From assembly GCA_018302885.1 (NCBI GenBank), contig JAGVZC010000005.1, positions 1-32,256 of the forward strand: a stretch of DNA of 32,256 nucleotides, given 5' to 3'. The DNA is from Candidatus Woesearchaeota archaeon. GTDB lineage: Archaea > Nanobdellota > Nanobdellia > SCGC-AAA011-G17 > GW2011-AR20. This document shows, piece after piece, positions 26,040 through 32,256 of this stretch (its first letter is position 1; each line of letters starts with the position of its first letter). The notes under the pieces are model-generated. The model had not been told where the DNA came from. It ran no database searches and saw nothing but the letters and a program-made list of their open reading frames with translations. A program made the position numbers and the translations under genes.

Positions 26040-27746
26040 ATGAAGAGGCTTGTCTTTTTGATTGTATTTTTATTAATGATAGGAAGTGTTAGTGCTGAAT
26101 TCAATCAGCAAAATGCAGTTAACTGGCTGAATTCAAACATTCAGTGGAGCAGGGCTACAATTGAAGAAATTGCGTTCTCTGCAATGGCTTTGGATTCTCA
26201 GGAAGGTGCAAACCAGTTGAAAGTCAATAAAATGGATGCTTCAGGATGTTTTCCAAAGAACAACTGCAATTCAAAGGATACTGCACTGGCAACATTAGCC
26301 CTTTCTTCAAACAGCGAATCAATTGCTGATCAATTAACATATCTGGAAGATAGTTTAACAAGTGCACCATTGGATGAATCAGAATGGAGAATTCAGGTTG
26401 TAACCAATACTGCAGGAACATGTACGGTTGGTTATGAGGGTGGGACATATTCATTGAATTTTGATGAGGAAGGAAAATTGGCTGATGGAAGTTCCTGGGT
26501 AAGCTTTAGTACCTTTCCTAATTTCAACTTTGATCGGGCTGTTGAAGAAATAAACGTGGATTGCAATGATCTTGATTATGTTCAGAAAATTTCAATAGTA
26601 AAAGTACAGGGGAATACTTTCTACATAATTGATGAAAGTGATTCAAAGAATGCATTATTTGAAATGGAAAATGGATGTTATGCTACAAATAAAGACAGCA
26701 ATACATGCGATGCTGATTCCTCATTCTATATTTCATGGGTGTTGAACAAATTAGGAAAAAGCATTACAACACAAAATTATCTTGAAGATGAGGCAAACAG
26801 CATTTTGTACAATGCAATGTTAACAGACATAGATAACTCAAAATCCTCAAGCTTGGTTGGAATGAAAAGCCAGGATAATTCTTTTGAAAATAAAATTTAC
26901 ACAACTTCCTTTGCAGTTAATGCACTGAAAAACAGCATTTACAGTACAGAAAGAGACAATTCAATAACATGGATTGAAAGCAAGCAAAATGAAAATACAG
27001 GAAAAATAGGAGATAATCTGATTGACACTGCAGCTGCATTATATTTGATTTATAGCGATGTTATTTATTCCGGAGGAGAAGATGAAGGAGAGCAAACAAC
27101 ATGCGTGACTGACTTTGACTGCGCTAACAATGAAGAATGCATAAACGGAATATGCCAGGCAATAGCACAGCAATGTACAAATGACGGAATATGCACTGAA
27201 TCTGAATATTCAACAGGAAATTGCGTTGATTGTTATGGCTGCGGCGACAAATACTGCAGTCCTCTTGAAAATGAATTCAGCTGCCCTTCTGACTGCGCTG
27301 AAGAAGAGATTATATGTAATGATGATGGCTTCTGTGATACCAGCGAGAGTGAATTTAACTGCCCAAATGACTGTCCAGCAACAAGCACAGGAGAGCAAGA
27401 AGAGGACAGATGCGGGAATGGCGTATGCGAATTAACATACGGCGAAGATGAGTTTACATGCTCCATTGATTGTGAACCAGAGAAAAAAGCAAGCTTGCTG
27501 TGGCTATGGTTAATTATAATAATTTTAATAATTGGCGGAGCAGCATTCTTTGTATTAACAAAAATGAAAAAAGGAAAAGGGGGGAATGAAAGACCTTCCT
27601 ACCTGCAAAATCAGAAAATTACCCCACAATATCCTTCAAGAAAAACAACCGTTGGTGACATAAAATCTTCAAGGGATCAAACAGTAGAGAGTGAACTTGA
27701 CAAGTCAATAAGCGAGGCAAGGGAATTGCTGAAAAGGAAGAAATAA
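26040..27746 (+). CDS. Secreted/membrane-anchored surface protein with helical barrel-like repeats and Cys-rich repeats
   Basis: Signal peptide; DTALATLAL and TSFAVNAL helices; repeats such as CGDKYC...SCPSDC; C-terminal TM helix. Confidence 0.7.
   Translation: MKRLVFLIVFLLMIGSVSAEFNQQNAVNWLNSNIQWSRATIEEIAFSAMALDSQEGANQLKVNKMDASGCFPKNNCNSKDTALATLALSSNSESIADQLTYLEDSLTSAPLDESEWRIQVVTNTAGTCTVGYEGGTYSLNFDEEGKLADGSSWVSFSTFPNFNFDRAVEEINVDCNDLDYVQKISIVKVQGNTFYIIDESDSKNALFEMENGCYATNKDSNTCDADSSFYISWVLNKLGKSITTQNYLEDEANSILYNAMLTDIDNSKSSSLVGMKSQDNSFENKIYTTSFAVNALKNSIYSTERDNSITWIESKQNENTGKIGDNLIDTAAALYLIYSDVIYSGGEDEGEQTTCVTDFDCANNEECINGICQAIAQQCTNDGICTESEYSTGNCVDCYGCGDKYCSPLENEFSCPSDCAEEEIICNDDGFCDTSESEFNCPNDCPATSTGEQEEDRCGNGVCELTYGEDEFTCSIDCEPEKKASLLWLWLIIIILIIGGAAFFVLTKMKKGKGGNERPSYLQNQKITPQYPSRKTTVGDIKSSRDQTVESELDKSISEARELLKRKK
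27103..27473 (+). repeat. Cys-rich peptide repeats (C-G/N-D/N-G-x-C...E...C-x-x-D-C)
   Basis: CTNDGIC..CVDC, CGDKYC..SCPSDC, CNDDGFC..NCPNDC and CGNGVC..TCSIDC. Confidence 0.8.
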
Positions 27747-27780
27747 AAACCCTTTTATATTTCTGATAATTTAAGATTTC

Positions 27781-29853
27781 ATGAAGAGGTTATCATATTT
27801 GTTTATTTTTTTAATAGTTTGTTTCAGTGTCTATGCTGCTGATATAAATATTTTAACTTACAGAGATGATTATAATCCATTGGAAACATTTCAGGCAGAG
27901 GTAATTTTAGACAGTGAACCTGCAAGTGAATTAACTAATCTAAATTTTGAATTTTCAAAAGACAGTCAGATAGGAATTCTGTTATTTCTTGAAAAGATAA
28001 GCGACAAGCATTACTTTGTCTATTTTAACATTCCTGATGTCAATAAAGGTGAATACAAATTCAAAGTAAAAAATATAAATGTCATAGAGAATGGAATCCT
28101 GAAGAGAATTTCTGCAGAAAAAACAGTTAATGTTCTGGAAGCAAACAGCGGTTTTGAGTATTTATTAAATCATCAGAACATTGACGGAAGTTTTGGCAAT
28201 GTTATGGAAACCTCTTTGTCTTCATTGGCATTAAAAAACATCGATTATGAAAAAGCAATTCTCGGGGTGAATTATTTATTGAACAACCAAGATCCAACCG
28301 GATGCTATCCAAAAAATAACTGCAATGTCAGGGATACTTCCTTTGCATTACTGGCTTTAAGCAAATTCAACCAGAATTACATAAAAACAAAAAACTGGCT
28401 GAAAGATGCAGGCAATAATTTTGATTTGGGGTTGTGGAATTTAAAATTAGAAGGCAATGCTGTCTGCGGGAATATCCAGCTGAATGGAGTATATAATTTA
28501 AACATAGAAGATAAAGAGACAAATATAACCTGCAACAATGCTGTTGATTTTACACTAACCCATAATTATCTCGGAAATACCCACACAATACACCAATATA
28601 GCGGAAATAATTTTTATTATTCAATTGAGGATTCAGGATGTTATGGATCAACATACAAGAGCAGCTGTGATTACATAAACAGCTTATATGCAAGTTGGGC
28701 ATTAGACAGCATAAATGAAGATTTTCCTCAGCAATATCTGGAAAACAACAAACTTGACAATCGAACAATAGATCACTCCATTGGCTATATATTAAACAAT
28801 GATAATGAAGATAAAGACTGGCTGTTAAACAATTATCTCAATGGCTACTGGAGCTACAGCTCTGCTTCATTATCCCAAACACCTGATTATTTCGTCAGTG
28901 CATTATCAGCATATGCTTTAAGGAATGAATTTTTATTTGAAGAGGCAAAAAATTACCTTGAAAGCAGAACACAGACAAGCATATTGAACTCTGGTTTGAT
29001 ATTATATCTCCTGTTTGATGATGAAATGAATCTTCCTTCAGTATCAATAACCCCCGGAATCTCAAATAAACTAAGGTCATTTAATCTTAAAATAAAAAAC
29101 AACAAAGAACCATTAAATATTTTTATAGAAGCACCAAACTCAAGCAGACTGCCATCAGAGATATACCTGCAAAATGAAGCGAATTACAATGTCAATATAA
29201 TTGAAAGTTTTGATATACTCATCAATTATGGAAATTTCTCATATACAATACCTGTAATAGCACAAAATGAAGAAGCAAGCGAAAGTCCATTGCTGCCACC
29301 TCCAAAAGATGCAATACAATTTATCAATGAAGACGTTGAGATATACCTAAATATTGATGAAAGCCCAAGTGATGAACTGGAATTAATCAACATGTGGGAT
29401 TTCAAAATAAATGATATAACCATTAATGTCACAGGGAATTTAAGGGATATTCTTGAAATTGAGCAGGATTACTTTGATTCAATTGAAAGCGGGAAAACAT
29501 TAAGGACTTCAATCATATTAAACAAAGATAAAAAACCAGTTTATCCAATATATGAGGGATATGTAATCATAAAATCCTCAAAGAATATTTTTGATTCAAT
29601 AAAATTTTCAGTTAATTTCGAAGTGGGGGATTATAAGCAGGAAGAAAGCATTGATAATAATGAGGAAACTGTAACATCCGATGAAGAACAATCAACAACA
29701 AGTGAAAAAACAAGCTCTGAAAAGAAAAGAAATCTCTGGTGGTTATGGACAATAATTATATTAATCATTGGGGTATTAATATTCATATTTTTCAGAAAGA
29801 GAAAAGAAGTAACCCAAAGCTTTGATGATTATGCAAAAAAAATAAAAAAATGA
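27781..29853 (+). CDS. Secreted/membrane-anchored protein with prenyltransferase/squalene-cyclase-like repeats; paralog of the upstream gene
   Basis: YLLNHQNIDGSF and YLLNNQDPTGCY repeats; shares GCxPKNNCN..DT.. with the upstream gene; signal peptide and C-terminal TM helix. Confidence 0.72.
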   Translation: MKRLSYLFIFLIVCFSVYAADINILTYRDDYNPLETFQAEVILDSEPASELTNLNFEFSKDSQIGILLFLEKISDKHYFVYFNIPDVNKGEYKFKVKNINVIENGILKRISAEKTVNVLEANSGFEYLLNHQNIDGSFGNVMETSLSSLALKNIDYEKAILGVNYLLNNQDPTGCYPKNNCNVRDTSFALLALSKFNQNYIKTKNWLKDAGNNFDLGLWNLKLEGNAVCGNIQLNGVYNLNIEDKETNITCNNAVDFTLTHNYLGNTHTIHQYSGNNFYYSIEDSGCYGSTYKSSCDYINSLYASWALDSINEDFPQQYLENNKLDNRTIDHSIGYILNNDNEDKDWLLNNYLNGYWSYSSASLSQTPDYFVSALSAYALRNEFLFEEAKNYLESRTQTSILNSGLILYLLFDDEMNLPSVSITPGISNKLRSFNLKIKNNKEPLNIFIEAPNSSRLPSEIYLQNEANYNVNIIESFDILINYGNFSYTIPVIAQNEEASESPLLPPPKDAIQFINEDVEIYLNIDESPSDELELINMWDFKINDITINVTGNLRDILEIEQDYFDSIESGKTLRTSIILNKDKKPVYPIYEGYVIIKSSKNIFDSIKFSVNFEVGDYKQEESIDNNEETVTSDEEQSTTSEKTSSEKKRNLWWLWTIIILIIGVLIFIFFRKRKEVTQSFDDYAKKIKK

Positions 29854-30350
29854 TAAAAAAATTAATGATGGTTTTGCTTATGTTTTCCCTGATATTTCTA
29901 ATAATAGTTATATTCATTGATTCAAGCAACAATCCAGACTTGCAGAATCCGATAAATAAGGCAATTTACAAATTAATGACTGGCGAAAAATTAAGCCCGG
30001 CAGACCATATAAAAGAAGACCAGATAAGGATTGAAGATGATCAGGTGATAATAACCATAAGAAATGCAAAAATAGCAAGGTTTGCAGATACAAATTCAAT
30101 GGATCCTTTATTGGACGAGGAAAGCAACGCCATTCAGATAGTACCAAACTCACCTGACCAGATATATGTGGGTGATATAATAAGCTACACTTCAAAAAAT
30201 GGCGATATAATAATTCACAGGGTTGTCAAAATTGATGAGGACGAAGAAGGAATGTTTTATATAACTCAGGGTGATAACAATTCAAGCCCTGACAATGAAA
30301 AAATAAGGTTCTGGCAGGTTAGATTTATAACTGTCGGAATAATATACTAA
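29850..30350 (+). CDS. Signal peptidase I (S26, archaeal/ER type)
   Basis: TNSMDP (Ser), GDIISY, IIHRV (His) and QGDNN motifs. Confidence 0.88.
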   Translation: MIKKLMMVLLMFSLIFLIIVIFIDSSNNPDLQNPINKAIYKLMTGEKLSPADHIKEDQIRIEDDQVIITIRNAKIARFADTNSMDPLLDEESNAIQIVPNSPDQIYVGDIISYTSKNGDIIIHRVVKIDEDEEGMFYITQGDNNSSPDNEKIRFWQVRFITVGIIY

Positions 30351-30353
30351 AAA

Positions 30354-30587
30354 ATGAAAATTTGGCACTGGGTTTTGATAATAATTGTAATATTGATACT
30401 AGCTGGAGCAATTCTATATAAAAATTACAGGGAAAATTTTGTTGTCGGTAATGAATTTGAGGAACTTGAAATAAGCAAATCTGATCTTAAAGAATGCTGC
30501 CAGTATTATGAAAATGGGGAATTAAAAACATGCAGCATACTAAAAAGATTTGATTGCAGCCTGTGTGAATCTAAGTGTTCTTCCTGA
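30354..30587 (+). CDS. Small membrane-anchored Cys-rich protein
   Basis: N-terminal TM helix; CC..C..CxxC..C tail; operonic position. Confidence 0.6.
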   Translation: MKIWHWVLIIIVILILAGAILYKNYRENFVVGNEFEELEISKSDLKECCQYYENGELKTCSILKRFDCSLCESKCSS

Positions 30588-30939
30588 GAATAAGCTCTGC
30601 CTTTAGGTTTTTCACAGTCATATCATACATATGCAATTTTGCAAGCAAATCATTAAGCGTGTTTTCTATTTCTTCCCTTTTTACATTAATCTTATCATCC
30701 AACAATTCTATTGATGATGGAAAGTAATCAAGACAGAAACCAGTTAATTCTTGAAAAGTATTGAAATCAATCTCCATTTCAGTGAACGAAAAGAACAATT
30801 TTTCCTTTTGCTGTGCCTCAAATATATTGTATTTCAGAACTTTCTTTTCATTCTGAATTTTCTGAACCATCTCCTTTATCACATTCTCAACGTGCTCCTT
30901 TGGAGAACCTACAATTTCTATAATCAAATTTGCCCTCAT
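30571..30939 (-). CDS. Conserved hypothetical protein
   Basis: IIEIVGSPKEHVE, FSFTEMEI, DYFPSSIE and NDLLAKLH; compact alpha/beta pattern. Confidence 0.75.
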   Translation of the reverse strand: MRANLIIEIVGSPKEHVENVIKEMVQKIQNEKKVLKYNIFEAQQKEKLFFSFTEMEIDFNTFQELTGFCLDYFPSSIELLDDKINVKREEIENTLNDLLAKLHMYDMTVKNLKAELILRKNT

Positions 30940-30961
30940 AATTATACCTTAGAATATATTT

Positions 30962-32228
30962 TTATAAGCTTTTCTTAAAAATCAAGTATATAATCAACAA
31001 CAATAAAACAGCACAAAAGAAATAAATTCCGAGATTTCTTGCCTTTACATCCGAAGACTGATAAATTACAGAGGAAGTAATCGGGCTTGTAAAAGATTCG
31101 CTTTCTGATTCCATAGAATTTGCGCTAAAGGATATCGGTGTTGTTTTTAATGAAGTTTCTTCCTTAATTTTTATTTCCTCGCATAAAGATTCTGTTATGC
31201 CCTCTATTTCTATCTCTTCTGCATCAATTTCATCCAATCCTTTCAGAATTATTTTATAAGTTCCATCAGGATATTTTTTATTGCAGTTTGGCTCTATCTG
31301 AAGAGGAACTATCATTGTGTAATTTATGAATTTATCCTCTATGTTTACCTCTGACCTTTTTGAAACCTGCTTGTTGCTTTCATCCACCAAATATAAATCC
31401 AGATTATATTTCTCTGTATCTCCCTTGTAAATTTTCATTTGGCGTAGGAATTGTCTGTATCCAGTAATCATTGACTTTTGACCATGATAAGCCTTCTTTC
31501 GTATGACTATAACTAATTTCATCTAATAAAATGTTTTTATAAAACAACCTAACTTTATCAAATCCCTCATTATTTAACTCTAATCTCCCATCTTGATTTC
31601 TATAAATCACCAGATAATCATGAGGCTCAATTATGGTTGTATTTTGTAGTATGTTTACATCCGAAATATTTATTCCATTCCCATAGTCATCATTTATTAT
31701 CAATTTTTCGATGTCTAGATATTCATCTCCAGAATTATAAAGTTCGATCCACTCTCCCTCAGGCATAGGAGCATCGTGTTTTGTTGGATGTGGAAAGAAT
31801 TCTGTAATTTCTAATGTGGTGTAATCTTGACCTAATGGTTCTGGTAAAACAAATATTAATTTTTCATTAAAATTATTTATTGAATTAGTATCATTACAAT
31901 TTATTTCTGACAAATTAAAATAAATTATATATGGGCTTCCTGCTGGAACTCTTGGTTCACGTTTAGGATTTCTTTCATTAGCAACGCCATTTAAACTAAT
32001 TCTATAATTTTCTATCACATTTCCAAATAAATCAGTTATTTTTCCCTCAAGGATTATATCTGAAGTTGGTCCATTGTTCTTAAAAACATTTATTGTAAAA
32101 TTTGCATTCTCATTATATTCAAAAACATATTTGTTTGGAATTATTTCAATTCCAAAGTCACATTCTTCTGCATAAACAGAAAAAGATGATAATATCAAGA
32201 AAAACAGCAATATTATACTAAATCTCAT
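30962..32228 (-). pseudogene. Lamin-tail-domain (LTD) surface protein, frameshifted near 31435
   Basis: 5' frame: signal peptide and ITEFFPHP...EWIELYN...PTP (LTD). 3' frame: YKGDTEKY...C-terminal TM helix. The two frames overlap. Confidence 0.65.
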
Positions 32229-32256
32229 TGTTTACATTGAATACTTTGTAGTATAA

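Noticed and set aside
1..32256. CRISPR array, IS element, integrase or reverse transcriptase
   Set aside because: No regularly spaced repeats and no transposase, integrase or RT motifs were seen.

Overview
AT-rich archaeal chromosomal window, most consistent with a DPANN lineage (Woesearchaeota/Pacearchaeota-like). This assignment is inferred from gene content and style, not from a phylogeny. Most genes are housekeeping: TatD, site-2 protease, L40e, aIF5A, FKBP, the ftsZ-secE-spt5-rpl11 cluster, L37ae-rpoP-prefoldin, SepF, ZPR1, GlyRS, DnaG, S17e, Alba, EndA, RNase Z and TFB. There are also an SRP RNA, two tRNAs and several secreted surface proteins. The main result is a pair of hidden archaeal bulge-helix-bulge (BHB)-type introns at unusual sites, in the same window as the splicing endonuclease gene endA. 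(1) A 32-nt hairpin insertion with an in-frame stop interrupts the protein-coding alba gene. Cutting at the predicted bulge positions restores the conserved KPFMN-YV motif exactly. (2) A 19-nt intron sits at position 3/4 of the tRNA-Pro(UGG) acceptor stem. Its canonical BHB is built with the 5' leader, and it lies directly behind a free-standing LAGLIDADG gene. Other observations: an orphan DGR-like variable region, an SRP RNA apparently lacking helix 6 and carrying a UGAC loop, a long structured dnaG leader, a CAU tRNA with Val-like features, a tandem triplet of unknown paralogs, and two frame anomalies that may be assembly errors.
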